DNA from: Octopus vulgaris
Taxonomy: Eukaryota
Direction of reading: 5' to 3'
Assembly: GCA_951406725.2 (NCBI GenBank)
Contig: OX597832.1
Coordinates: 6,138,001 to 6,202,000, forward strand
DNA: 64,000 nt
Positions 41,945-55,964 of the stretch are shown here, piece after piece (position 1 is the stretch's first letter; every line of letters begins with the position of its first letter). Made by a program: the position numbers and the translations under genes. Below the pieces are notes generated by a model. The model was not told where the DNA came from, made no database searches, and saw nothing but the letters and a program-made list of their open reading frames with translations.

Positions 41945-42132
<188 letters not shown>

Positions 42133-42399
42133 GGTCATTCTTCAGAAAATATTTGTGTTTATATGTTTTCATAAAGAATAGAATGCGTCAGGTTCTATGA
42201 AATGTAGTCTCTTCTATGTTTAGCTTACAGAAACAGTGACTCGAAATACTAAACATTTTATACTATAATCTACTAATTATGTTAATTCTTTGAGTAAACT
42301 GTGCCTCTTCTTGTTATGCTTAATTATCTTTACAGAAGTTAGTTGAATACCAGTAGAAGATAGAACTGATTACTCTGCAGAACTTACTTTTAATGGTTT

Positions 42400-42900
42400 A
42401 TTTAATCTAAATTACTGAAAGTCAATTTGATATAAAGGAAATGGATATTGGTAGAAGAAAGAAGTTGTGCTCGAATAGTTGTGTAAAATAGATAGGAAAT
42501 ATCTTGGTATTGTGGAATGATAAAGAAACTGAAAACCGAGTTTATGAATTTTAGATAATTAGATTGGTTTACACATCTAAAATCAATGAGAAGAACAAAA
42601 ACATTGCAATCAATACCTTGTTCTTTGCATCCCTATTGTTTGAGATTATAATAGTGGAACGAAGAACTCTGAAGAACTGAGTAGTTTAGCAAGAAAAAAA
42701 GACGTTACGGACAAATACATTATGCGTTCTAACTTAAAAGCAATATTGATCTATTATACTTAAAGTCGTAACTGGATGGAACGAAGCGGTCTGTGAAGAG
42801 GGCATTAAAACAGAAGTGACTGTACTTGGATGGTATATAAAGAACAGTTCAGATTTTATCAAAAATAAAATAATTACTGGTCCTTAATATCTAAGAAAGT
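42400..42900 (+). mobile_element. Old R4/Dong-like reverse-transcriptase remnant
   Basis: Fragments RKYLGIVE (~42495), SKINEKNKNIAINT (~42575) and KSNIDLLYLK (~42736) recall YKYLG, LNGKNKIxAINT and KADVDRLYL of R4-clade RTs. Heavily decayed. Confidence 0.55.
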
Positions 42901-45227
42901 AAAAAGGTATATAAAAGAAATATTTTATTGAAAAAACAGTTAATAATAGAAATAACAAAAATTAGAAGGTCAGTTTCAATGATAAATGAGAAACTATATA
43001 GGTTAGAAAAAATGAATATGTCTAGTGAAAGTGGATTCTTTTTTGTCTATTTTTTGTCTCTATGTAGCACTCGAGTAATCTCATCAAACAAATTACATTG
43101 TTTTACAGAAACAAAAATGATTTCCCAATATGTACTTTATTAAATTAGTACATTTTCACACATAAAATTAACAGAAGCGGTAAACATGACAGATGTCGCG
43201 ATAATTTTTCACTACAGCTGATTGAATTTACATCGTCAGGAATGAGAAAAAATACAAGCAACCCATAAAGAATTATTGAAAATTAGATATAATTTTTATT
43301 AACAAGAAATTTTTATACATTTCTGTGGGAAGATGCTGTTGATTTAATCCTCACCTACTCTAATTGTTATTTTGTCCAGACGAGAAAGATGAAAGACGAA
43401 GTCGATCTTGGCAAAACCTTAAATTTAAAGACAATTAACTAAACACATCAAGGCAATATTTGTGGAGCTTTACGGTTTCTGTTATTCATCGCCCTGCATT
43501 AATTAGAAGATTAAAGTCATGGTGAAACAAAGGCGCCCTAACATTGAAGTAATAACTGTTTATAGACGTAGTCTATACGATTGAAGTATACAGTAATGGT
43601 TTCAAGTTTTAGGACAAGGCCAGCAATTTAAGGAGACAGCGGTTAGTCGATTATATCAGCCCAGTACTCAGCGTGTACATTATATAGCAACTCCGAAAGG
43701 ATGAAAGACAAACTCAGCTTCGACGGAATTTGAACTCAGATCATAAAGACAAACGAAATGCCACTAAGCATTTTACCTGGCGTAATAACGATTCTACCCG
43801 CTCGTGCATTATTGAGCAGTATAATAATAAACTCAAAATACGCATAAGGCAGTTCAAATTTCAATTTTTCTTGCAATATTGTAGACACCGGGTGTCACTA
43901 GCATAGGAAATTGAAGAATTTCTATAAATCGGAACAACAGTGTTGGAACACTCCCAAAATGCGATAATGTACTGTTTAATGGGGAAAATTTTTCACTTTT
44001 AATTTAACCTAGAGATTAGCTTCTAACGAAATCAAACGCGTGAAAATCGAAATGGAAAGGAAGGGAACAGTTGTATAAGCTGTGACGATGATAACAACCA
44101 TAAAAACGACTATGGCAAGGATGACGATAAGGATAACTGCTCCCAGGAAATCTTGTCTCCCGAGAACCTCTTTGAACTGAAAACTTCTTGAGAATGATTC
44201 CTGTGTATATTTTGATGATTGATATGAGCACACATTTATTTAACGTTTGATGTGTCAATGTATGTTTATGATTGTGCATATACTTCCGAATGTATATCTC
44301 TAAGGAACTCTTATATTGGTAAACGAGAGGAATTGAATAGTATGGTAATTGATTAACCATCTCTAAATACAGGATCAATACTTGTGCCAGCAAGGTCAAA
44401 ATTGAATACCGGAAAGCATTTAATCCGACCCTTCAGCTATCTCTGGCAATCCAACAATATTATTTGTATAATCTTCTTATAATGGTGATTGTGCGGTGAT
44501 TTGTATACATGTGACCGACAAAAAAGAACTACTCTCCTATCACCTTCTCTACTTCAAGCTATAAGGATTTCGATTAGTACTAATTTCAAGAGCGAAACTG
44601 GAATGAAGCACTAAAAGGCTGACAATCGAAATTAAACCAACAATCTTTAGACACTGAATTTAGCACTGTCTAAGCTGCACTACTAATACTACCGTGAAAT
44701 AGTGCTCATAAGTTACCGATAGAGACAACTCTAAAATGACTTTGGAAGTCGTAGTTTTCTTACAGAAAATCAGTAGAAACAATTTGGCGACTACGTGCGA
44801 TGCTGCCGGACTAGAACAAAATGTGTTGTAGGCACGCGAAAGCAGTGTTGGGAATTAAACTTTTGGACCAATTCAAATATGTTTGAGATATATTTGACCC
44901 GTAAGGTCATTTTCACTGCGGCGATAAGGGCTATTATGTTGGAGGGCTGTATGAGGTGAATCAATTTTTCTACATTCAGACGTTTACTTAAAATTCTGAT
45001 GTTTACTTATCAAGCCTTGAATGATGGATGGCAAAGTGGAGCACAGTGAGTTCAGAAATCAGTGCGCCAAAGAACGTAACAAAATACACTAAGAGATTTA
45101 GACAAGTGTTGTTCCAGAGTGTCATTATTATCCATTTAATGATAATAACACTGTGTAACATGATTTTTGTCCTTGGGTAACAACTGTTATTTCCTATTTG
45201 CTTACCCATAGAAAGTATGAAAAATCA

Positions 45228-45532
45228 CTAATATTTCCTTCAAACTTTGCTTTTGTTACATCTATTCAAGCCCCAAAGAATCCATCTCAACACATAGCTA
45301 TGATGCTCCCTCACTACTCCTGCACATACTATCAACCACTAATGAGCATACTCAAATGGTTACGGTCAAGCAACTGACAAGTAAATCTGTGGTATTGAGT
45401 AGAATATTTGCTTTAACGATATTTCTGTTTCAGCAACTCAGCACTGAATCTGTCTGAAATGTAATGGAAAATAGGTCAGTTTCAAAACATTGATGACCAG
45501 GTCACAAAAGCAAAGTTTGGAGGAAATAGTAG
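45228..45532. mobile_element. MITE with 32-bp terminal or subterminal inverted repeats
   Basis: ctaatatttccttcaaactttgcttttgttac (45228-45259) versus gtcacaaaagcaaagtttggaggaaatagtag (45501-45532), three mismatches. Confidence 0.65.
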
Positions 45533-45929
45533 TCATTACCTTTGATTTCTAGTAGGGAATAGTACTTACTGACCAAAGACAAAAATTACAGTGTATTCTT
45601 TGTAATTTTGGCACAATAGCAGCAGCTTTGGGAGAGGAGGATAGTAGATTACATCGACCATAGTGGTCAACTGGTACAAAAGGCAGAAAAACAAAGTCGA
45701 CCTCGGTGGAATTTGAACTCAGAATGTAATGCATCAGAAGAAATGCCGCTATGCAATTTGTCCGACGTGCTGACAATTCTTCCAGTTCACGTGCAATTTT
45801 GTGGGAAGGAGATCAATCGATTGAATCGTTTGTTGGCTGATGATGGTTGTGATGCCTTTGATCATAAGCCAGCTTGATCAAAGCTATCCTGGAAATAGGC
45901 TGACAACTACCTTTGAAAGAGGCAGGGAA

Positions 45930-46500
45930 ACTAAAAAAAAATGTGAAAAAAGGCATGTTTGTATGGTTAAAAAGCGTCGAAGACAGTGGGTAGGGAAATG
46001 AGAAACACCGGCACCCCAGACTAAAGAGGGTCTTCACCGAAGTAATGTGTTGTTATCTGTTTGGTGGGATATGAAAGGTTTTAGTCCTTGAGTGGCTAAA
46101 GTCAGCGCTAGAAGAAAAACGACCTTCTTTGGTTTCAAGACGAAAGATGTTCTTCCATCAGGATAATGCTCGGTCACATACAGCGAGGATGACATTCGAA
46201 AAGCTGGAGCAGTTTGAATGGGAAACGATGCCCCTCCCACCATATTCACTGGACATTACCCCATCTGATTATCATTTATTCAGCAGTTTCAGCAGGTGGA
46301 AAAAATATAAATTCTGTTGACGAGGTCAGAACAGTACTGAAAGAGTATTTTTCGTCACGGACGAGTGGATTTTGGAAGAGGAGCCTTGCAGATAGATGGA
46401 AAAGCATTGTAGGAAATGAAGGATAGAATATTTTAGATGAAAAATAAACTTTGTTTATCTTAATTTTGAAAAATAAAAGAAGTATAAAGAAGTAACTCTT
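45930..46500 (+). mobile_element. Mariner (DD34D) transposase pseudogene, internally deleted
   Basis: VLLSVWWDMKG and FFHQDNARSHTARMTFEKLEQFEWETMPLPPYSLDITPSDYHLF, with 34 residues between the second and third catalytic D; then EYFSSRTSGFWKRSLADRWKSIVGNEG. Confidence 0.88.
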
Positions 46501-47460
46501 CATAAATTAGCAGTTCGACAAAAGAGACCGATAGAATAGGTAATAGGCTTTAAAAAGATAAGTACTGGAGTCAATTTGCTCGAGTGAACCCTTCAATGTG
46601 TTGCCCCAGCATGGCCGCTGTCGAATGACTAAAACAGGCAAAAATATGATAAATGGATTGAGGGAAAATGTATATTCAGGACATGAACAAAAATTAACCA
46701 CCGTAAATAATAAAGGCATTTGGAATCGTTAAAACGAAGATTGTGAGTAATATAATGAAGAGGCGATTGATGATGTTGTCATTCAGAAGCAAGAGAGGAC
46801 TACCATCTATTTGATGAACAGAAAATAATAGCATATTTCTAATTCACGGCGATGTGATGATAAAAATATAGGTTATATGCGTCAAATAAATGAGCCAGCA
46901 TTAACTGACGTTGCAATCAGTTAAAGTGAGACATCAAACGTAGAAACAATCGTAAAAGTAGAAAATAATGTCTGCCTACACCAAAAGTTCAAAGCAATTA
47001 TGATGCATGATCAATCCAGGTAGTAGCCTATCAAACTATTTAAACGTAGAGAAACACAAGCACACTCGCGCACACACACGCACGCACACACACACACATG
47101 CACACACACACACGCAGTAGTTTTCGCTCAACATGTAGTTTCGACAATAGCCCCTTTCACTCCTTTACTCTTTCTCTCTCTACCTCTCCCTTTCACTCTC
47201 TCAATGCATCGCGCCCTTTCTCTCTCTCCCTCTCTCTCTATCTTTATCTATCTATCTATTTGTCTGTGTCTTTTTCTTATATACTCTAAAATGCAAAACA
47301 CGTACCTTTCTTTCATAAACATATAATTCACCTTGTATGTATGTATGCATGTATGTATATGTGTGTGTGCGTATATATATGCATCTATAGGTGAGTGTTC
47401 TCCATTTTTTTTTTTGTTAGTTTCAGCCATCATGACCAAAACCAAGGCAATGTAGAGCAC

Positions 47461-47547
<87 letters not shown>

Positions 47548-47725
47548 CGGAATTCCCTGCGTTATGAGAGTTATGCAAGCCTGAAAACTTGTAACGCGAA
47601 ATTTATATTCTCATGATTATCATCTCATAAAATGATAATGCGTTCCGACGGATATTTTCGGGAAAAAATGGTAAAAACAAACAACAAAAAACAAATACGA
47701 ACGCTTTTATGCATGAAAATAACCT

Positions 47726-47763
<38 letters not shown>

Positions 47764-47774
47764 TACATACATAA

Positions 47775-47807
<33 letters not shown>

Positions 47808-47814
47808 TACATAC

Positions 47815-47886
<72 letters not shown>

Positions 47887-47979
47887 AATATAAGAGAGTG
47901 GTCACTATATTGCTACTCTATTAATTAATTATATATATATATATATATTATATATATATATTAAAAACATTTCAAGTAA

Positions 47980-48400
47980 AAAAAATAAACACTGCAATAT
48001 CGTAGTAATGCCTACTTTCCACAAAAGATGTTGAATGCTGTCTGAGAGGTGGTGATAAAATGAGAGTTACTGGAAGGATGAGGGACACTACTTTCAGCAG
48101 CAGCTTCCACTTGAAAGGCGAAGAACTTATCCAAAATTCTTTGATGTTCATGACGCTCATCTCTTTGTACAGTTCAGCGTAGGAACTAAATTCCTTGTAA
48201 ACTCCTCTTGTAATTTTTGCTATGTTTACGATCAGGGTTGTTATCAGGAAGAGTTTGCAGACCTTCCTCAAAAAGATGCCAAACCTTCAACAATATTCTT
48301 TGCATTCAATTTAAGTGTAGTTGCTGAAATGACCCTATTTTCATCTGTATTCTCAGATTGCTTTTATTCTAAGAGTATCCACTCCTCGCTGGATAAACTT
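47980..48400 (-). mobile_element. Possible decayed hAT transposase C-terminal (dimerisation) region
   Basis: KEFWISSSPFKWKLLLKVVSLILPV, then in another frame ITTSQTAFNI, loosely recalling FW...W..L.....P.TS...ERxFS. Weak match. Confidence 0.25.
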
Positions 48401-49736
48401 TCTCTATGAAGTACTAGCAACTCAACTACATCGTTCTCTATCTCTTATTCAAGCCCTACGTCATTTGTAAGTGTCGCAATATGCTTCTGCGGCGAGCTGG
48501 CAGAAACGTTAGCACACAGGGCAGTTGATGGAGTAACTTCTGGAGCGCTTGATTTAATTTTCTTTCTGTTGACACGTATTGTTATTTGGCAATAAGGCTA
48601 AGTTTCCCTTCCGCATCCAGCTGTTTTAATAAAAATAAATTAAGTTTAATATCCAGTGTAATCTTTTTACAGTTCCTTTTCGGACAACTACTTTCAGTTC
48701 CTTTTGATGGCTTCTTTCCATACATCTTGAATTATTGAATTGCAGATAAATCCAGTGGCACCGATGCTCAACAATTATTCATACCAAATATGTAGTAAAA
48801 ATTGGCAGGAGTGAGGTAAGGAAGAAATACTGCATGAGTATATTGGTTGAAGGGTTTCCAGGCTTCATGGGCATTTTAGCTTTACAACTCTCATTTGATT
48901 AATAAAATTCCTCACTCTACCCACACACATACATTCAGAGACATCCCATCCTGTTGACCTACAACATACGTAGCTACAGACATTGCTATAACGCTAACAC
49001 TATCACTGGTCTTGCTAATTGTTTATTCAAAAGTTAGCAAATTGATACTGATAGTAGCGTTGGTTCTATTGATTTTCGTGTTTGTGATAAGGGAGATACA
49101 GTTGGTGGAAGCGTTAGTTATATTGTGACTATTTGGTTTCAAGTTAATCTTCATTGACCTAAGATCAAAGACATTTCATTCAACATTTAACATGCACTAG
49201 AACAACACATTACCTCAGGTAATTATCTTAGTATTATTTCAGATATAGTTGTTTATCTTGATTATTCTATTTTTGCTGTTAGTCATGAAGGAGTTGCCGG
49301 GCTGATAGTGATGGTAGTTGTATTGATTTTGGTGTCCAGACTATTTCTGTTGGTGTTGATGATAAATAGTAGTTGTGGTGAAAGTTGATTTGAAAAAGTC
49401 TACCTCAAATTCCACAGGTGTTTGTAGTGGTACGTACGCAAACATGGTGTACACGTGCGCGCATTCACACACACATACACACACAAATACATATTTTATA
49501 CATTATAGGTATGCGTATGTCATGATTATTGGTCTGTTTTTTTCTTTATAATTAACAAAAATTCAATCAAAGCCAAAACACCGAGAAGCGACCTTCTACC
49601 TTAGAAGAAAGTTTTGATCTTTAATTCTCAAAATGTATCCGAGTTTGCATACTAACTCCCAGAATCAGTGGCCATACTTTACAAATACCATAAGCGCAAA
49701 ACCATGTAATCAGAAGTGACTATAACACAGAGGATG

Positions 49737-49798
<62 letters not shown>

Positions 49799-50097
49799 TG
49801 TCCAGGTGTCGAAACCATAATGATATCCGTGGGGCAGCTGATGATGGAAGTATGTTGCAGTGTTGGTATGGCTGTGGAATAGTATTATAACACATCCTCT
49901 TGATATGTATGTATATATATATATATATATATCTTCTACATAATTAAAGGCATTCGCGAACGCAGGGAGGCTGTGAAGACAGCTTAGAAAATTCGGTTTA
50001 AACACTTTAGAAAACGGGAAAAAGTGGACAGCAAGCCTCCACATGGAATTGAACCCTCCACCTCTCAAATTCCGGCTGAACGCTGACTCTCTCTCTC

Positions 50098-50141
<44 letters not shown>

Positions 50142-50524
50142 TGTAAGTCGTCTAAGAGTCCATAAGTCAGGAAAAATGCACTTGTATATCTATCAACGGA
50201 GTGAGTATATTATATATCCATTACGGCCGATCTAGCGCGAAACCGATCGGTAAGATAGGCTGTAATGGATATATAATACTGTACACTTCGGATATATATA
50301 TGTTTATAATTATTAACAAGGAGAGTGGAATGAGCAAGTCGTTTTATTACATAGATTTACGATTGTTTTCTTCAGCATTCGTACTCAAGAATATTGCTAT
50401 ATTATTATATAATATATGCAACTATAAACTTAAGCTGTATCATTATGTTGATGCAATCGAATATCAACTCATCAGAACCATCTATAAAATTCACATAAAT
50501 ACATGTGTCTGTGCGTATACGCAT

Positions 50525-50566
<42 letters not shown>

Positions 50567-51060
50567 GTGCAGGCGCACGGGAAATTCAGTCCATTTAACA
50601 GTTAAATCATATATTTTTTTTTCTTTCGTCTTTAGACAGTTTAGTACATTATTTTAAATATTTTTGAAAATTGTCATTACGAAAATATGCGAAAATATTC
50701 ATTGCCCTAAAATATGACAAAAGGCCAGTTAATTGCCCGGTAGACCCTGAAGCATAGAATCCGAGGCAGGGTGTGGTGAGAATGCGAGAGGGTGTGAGAG
50801 GGGGATAAAGAGGGAATGAGACAAGATGTACATTAACAATCTCAGCTGAACACGGTTGTTAACCAATTCATATTAATACGAAAAGAATTTTGAATTACCT
50901 TATAATTGTTTCAGTCATTTGACTGCGGCCATACTGGGACATCCGTGTTGAGGAATTTTTAGTTGGATGAATTAATCCCAGTACTTATCTATTTTAAAGC
51001 CTGGTACTTGTTTTATCGGATCTTTGCCGAACCACAAAGTTACGGGTACTTAAATACATC

Positions 51061-51135
<75 letters not shown>

Positions 51136-51140
<5 letters not shown>

Positions 51141-52494
51141 CTGAACCACGCTAGTTGCTTAGGAGTGAAATTTAGGATTTCTCGGTTTTCTGTAAATCAA
51201 TTTTGTTAAAACTTTTCTCAGCTGGTTTGCACATTATGGCAACACCATTGTTATATTTTACATTATTCTGTTTGACTTCCTTTCCTTTTTATTTCAGATT
51301 CTTCAGTTTTGGGGTGAACCACGCTAATAGCTTTAAAATGAAAGTAGCCCATCTAGACATTTTTTTTTTTCAGAAAATGAAGGATAATGATACATTTTAG
51401 GCATACATTGAGTATATATTTAACAGAAAACCATAATAGTATTATAACAAAATATCGAAATAATGAATTATTTAGCCACATTAACGCCATTTCGACGGAT
51501 AACTTCAAAACCCTATTAGTCATGGAATCTATCAATTTCTTAATTGTACCTGGTTGGACTACCTCAGCTGCAGCTTTCGACACCTTTCGACACCTTTCGA
51601 CGGAAATTAGCATCCATCGGCAAAACCATCTTGTTTAATGATGGACCAAAGATTTTCGATGGGGTTGAGATTCGGAGATGCTGGCGGCCATACCGTCAAC
51701 CTTTTACCGTGTATGCCGTAAGACCCTAGGAATGTTTGGGTGGTTCTAGCAGAATGGGAGGGAGCATTGTCATGCATGAATACGAGATTCTTTAGAAGTG
51801 ACGGCGATATGTCATCTAGCCAGGGATCCAAGACATCATTCAGAAGATTGCAGTAGGCGGTTATGGACACTTTAACCTCTTCAGGCATCCTGACTGGGCC
51901 AACAAGTGTGTCTCCAATGATACCAGCCCATAACATGACTCCTTCACCCTGTTGGTGACGTCGTAAACGTTGTTGACGCTCATCTCCAAAATGGACCCAA
52001 CCATTTACCCAACCGTCAGGTTTCGTCAGTGAACAGAACACAACTCATGTCTAACGTCATGTACTTTTGGGCCCATTGAAACCTCAAACTCCTGTCACGG
52101 GACATCAAAGTAGGCAGTTTCAGGGGTTCTTTCACGGAAGCCAGGGTCCCGAGGATGCGTTTTCTGGTGGTTTTCGGTACTTGAGAAAGTCCGGAGGCGG
52201 TAAAAATGGCTTTACTTTTTTGTCCAGGTTTCCGACGTAACTTGCAGCCAATATTCCTTAAATTCCTAGCTGTCAACAGTCTCGGAGACCCCACAATCGG
52301 ATCGTTTCTTCCTTGGCGTTCATGTGGTTAAATAATTTATGTCAATAAATGTTATAATATTATTATGGTTTTCTGTTAAATATTTACTCAATGTATGCTT
52401 AATATGTATCATTATCCTTCATTTTCTGGGGGAAAAAACAATGTCTAGACAGGCAATTTTCATTCAAAAGCTATTAGCGTGGTTTTGGGTGTAT
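51136..52494 (-). mobile_element. Tc1-like DD37E (TRT-type) transposon, frameshifted and 5'-truncated, inserted in the (TA)n of a family A SINE
   Basis: VLFTDET, PDGWVNGW, RLRRHQQGEGVMLWAGII and FMHDNAPSH...WPPASPNLNPIENLWSIIK, with 37 residues between D and E. TA-flanked ends share aaccacgcta. The SINE halves lie at 50905-51065 and 52510-52655. Confidence 0.88.
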
Positions 52495-52889
52495 ATATTT
52501 ATATATACATACGACGGGATTCTTTCAGTCTCCGTCTACCAATTCCACTCACAAGGCTATGGTCGACGATTATAAGATACTTGCCCATTGTGCCACGCAT
52601 TGTGTCTGCAACCGGAACCATGTGGAAGCAGACTTCTTACCACACAGCCGCGCCTATACACATACACACACACACACACACGCATTAAGAAAAAGGAGTA
52701 GTCAAAATTTGGTTAAAAACTATTTGTTTAGCGCTTTCGTGTTTTTCAGGATTTCGTTCATGATGAATCCCAGGGACGAAAGCGCCAAATAAATAGTTTT
52801 TATCCACATCCTGACTACCACTTTTTTTTTCTTCTGAATATATAAAATTTGTACATATACATACATATATACATACATATATACATACA

Positions 52890-53290
52890 TATCCAGATTA
52901 CAAGTTCAGGTTTATACCTGTAATTGTTCGGGCACTGGGATATGTAACACACACTATCTAAATACCAATCTTGGAAAATTAGGCTTCTCAAAACCAAAAA
53001 GGAGAAAGCTGATTTGAAGACTACAGATCCAAGCCATCACTGGAACTGTGAAAATCTGCAAAACTTTCCAGAAATTTATCATTTAAATATCATCTCTAGA
53101 CATGCAACTGTACACATGAGAATACATACATAAAACAAAGCATACAAATCTGCACATATACATCCATACATACATAAAAAATACTATGTTGATGTTGTTG
53201 AAACCCCGATGAAGGAGCCTTGGATCTAAGTTAGAAACCATCTCTTTCTCTATTGGTAAGAAATCTTGTAATAAAACTGAATAATGGCAT
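52890..53290 (+). mobile_element. R4/Dong-type LINE 3' end with 3' UTR, flanked by (CATA)n-like tracts
   Basis: YPDYKFRFIPVIVRALGYVTHYLNTNLGKLGFSKPKRRKLI*RLQIQAITGTVKICKTFQKFII*; ends aataaaactgaataatggcatacatac. Confidence 0.8.
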
Positions 53291-53392
53291 ACATACAAGT
53301 TGTAATAGTGAACTCAAGACAAATAGTAATATTTTGAAATCATTTTATGCGTATGTTTCAGGTCTTATGTAATGGATGCATTTCCTGTTATA

Positions 53393-53727
53393 TATTCTTT
53401 TCTACTCAAGGCACAAGGCTCGAAATTTTGGGGGAAGGGGTCAGTCGATTAGATCGACCCCAGTACGCAACTAGTACTTAATCTATCGACTCCGAAAGGA
53501 TGAAAGGCAAAGTCGATCTCGGCGGAATTTGAACTCAGAACGTAATCTTTTCTACTCTAGGCACAAGGCCCGGAATTTTGGGGGAGGAAGCCAGTCGATT
53601 AGATCGACCCCAGAATGCAGCTGGTACTTAATTTATCGATCCCGAAAGGATGAAAGGCAAAGTCGACAGACGAAATACTGCTAAGCATTTCACCAGTCTT
53701 GCTAACGTTTCTTCCAGCTTGCCACCT
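53393..53727 (-). mobile_element. Partially dimeric family B SINE with 14-bp TSD
   Basis: TSD catttcctgttata at 53379-53392 and 53728-53741; the SINE 3' part is duplicated. Confidence 0.8.
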
Positions 53728-54168
53728 CATTTCCTGTTATACACATGAGAATACATACACAGGCTTGAAACGTATGTATTAAATAATTTCAAAATATCAC
53801 TGTTTGGTTTGACTTCATTATTACAACTGATACGACTCGATCCCTGTAAAAGCCAGCAGGTCCAGACTTCACTTTTGCAGATACTCTAACAACGACTTGG
53901 AGTAGTTTGCTTTATTTGAATCGAGTCGAAAATTCTGGTAATGAATGCCGCTTCTTAGAGTAACACGGTACATATATACACACAAACATATTTATATATA
54001 TAAGTGCAGACGTGGCTATATAGTAAGAAGCTTGCTTCCTAACCACATGGTTCCAGGTTCAATCCCACTGCATGGTAATTTGGGGAAGTGTCTTCTACTA
54101 TAACCTCGGGCCGACCAAATTTGGTAGACGAAATTTGGATTTGGTAGACGAAGCTGAAAGAACCCCGT

Positions 54169-54199
<31 letters not shown>

Positions 54200-54635
54200 G
54201 GGTGTGGATGTGTGTGTGTGTGTCTTCGTGTCCGTATTTGTTCCCGACCGCCGCTTGACAACCAGTGTTGGTGTGTTTACGTCCTCGTAACTTAGCGGTT
54301 CGGTCGAAAGACACCGATAGAATCAGTACCAAGCTTCAAACATAAGTACTGGGGTCGATTCATTGAACTAAAAATTCCTCAAGGCGGTGCTCTAGATTGG
54401 CCGCAATCAAATGGCTGAAACAAGTGAAAGATAAACGTCCTTGCCTGTACATGGATGCTCGTGTGTCTGCGCGCGCGCGAAAAGTATTTGTACATGCATT
54501 TGTGTATTTGTGTGTGTCTGTGTGTGTGTTTGTGTATATGTGCCCGTGTATTTGTGTGTGTGTGTGTGTGTGCAAGAGAAAAAAAAAAGGGAAAAGTGTG
54601 TATGACACAAAAGTGAGCAAGCAAACGAGATTAAC

Positions 54636-54687
<52 letters not shown>

Positions 54688-54711
54688 CATGTATGTATAT
54701 ATGTATGTATA

Positions 54712-54779
<68 letters not shown>

Positions 54780-55139
54780 TATATTAGAGAAAGAGAGAGT
54801 ATAGGGTTTGTCGAGGGGTTTTCTGTCTCCACACTTTCCTTACACATTCAGATTTAGTTTATTCGCCCCATCAAGTCTTCGCTTCTCCTCCTCCTTCTCC
54901 TCCTCTATGCTGCTTACGTGATCGGAGGCACATTGCAAGAAAAACACCCACTTTTGACCATAATGCACCAATCCAGCTGGTACCTACCAAATATGGTGAG
55001 TCCCTCCCATATGGCGTGACACACAGAATTCTGTCCATCAAAGGTTTCTGATAAAACTTGCCACCATTTTGACTAACCAAACAAACAAATAAATAATAAA
55101 AAAAACACGACACCATTTTATTGTTATTCCTCGCTCTCT

Positions 55140-55675
55140 CCCTTCACCGCCAACAATAGTAACAACATCACCAACACCATCACCATCAGCATCAATAACA
55201 ACAATACTAATGCTACCAACAAAAATGCTATCACCACATCAAGATCAACAACAGCAATAACTCTAGTTATACCGACAATAACAGCAACAACAATGTCCAT
55301 ACCACCGCCACCGACAATACCAGCTACTGCACCACCATCACAAGGACCAACAACACCATCACCACGACTACCACTACCAACACTGAAATTGATACCACTA
55401 ATACCGCCTTCATAAAACCATCATTTTCATCGCAATCAACAACGCCAGCACCACCATCGTTGCAACCACCCATACAGGCATACCGTTACCCCCACCGGCA
55501 CCACAACCACAACCAGCACCATCCCCACCACCACCACCACCACCACCACCACAGCCAGCACTGTCACCACCTAAATCTGCACCATCACCACCACCATAAC
55601 CATCACCATCATCGTCAACAATACCATAGCCAATACATCACCACTGCCATCATCACCACCAGGCACCACCTGCAA
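55140..55675. repeat. Degenerate (CAC/CAA/CAT)n low-complexity tract upstream of the promoter
   Basis: Directly visible; gives a poly-His pseudo-ORF. Confidence 0.85.
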
Positions 55676-55928
55676 TTTTGGATATTTCCTTATTTGTAGT
55701 TTTTATTTTACTATTCGTTTCCATCTCCCTCTTTCCCTCCCACTCTCCCTCCCGCTCTCTCTCCCACTCTCTTTCTCTCTCTCACACTCGCACTATTTCT
55801 TTTTCTCCTCCATCCCTCCCTCTCTCTTTCCTTTCTACGTTTCACTTTCCATCTGAACCAGCCCACACAGTGTTTCCCGCTTGAAACCCAGCATGCCCTT
55901 AGACTGCCTTCAACTAGCGGCCTGTTCT

Positions 55929-55964
55929 TATAAAAAGCCGACCTCAGGGTGATTCAAGTCATTC
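55929..55964 (+). promoter_or_regulatory. Core promoter: TATA box plus initiator
   Basis: TATAAAAAG at 55929-55937 and TCATTC (Inr TCAKTY) at 55959-55964. The predicted +1 A at 55961 is 32 nt downstream of the first T of TATA. Confidence 0.7.

Noticed and set aside
49798-49905. GAAAC...CTGATGA in a module between (TA)n tracts
   Set aside because: I could not form stems I-III around the boxes.
53205-53245. ccgatga...gaaacc in the R4/Dong 3' UTR
   Set aside because: Non-canonical core and no convincing stem II.
55460-55699. His-rich ORF
   Set aside because: Degenerate CAC/CAT trinucleotide tract upstream of the TATA box, with no ATG start or splice support.
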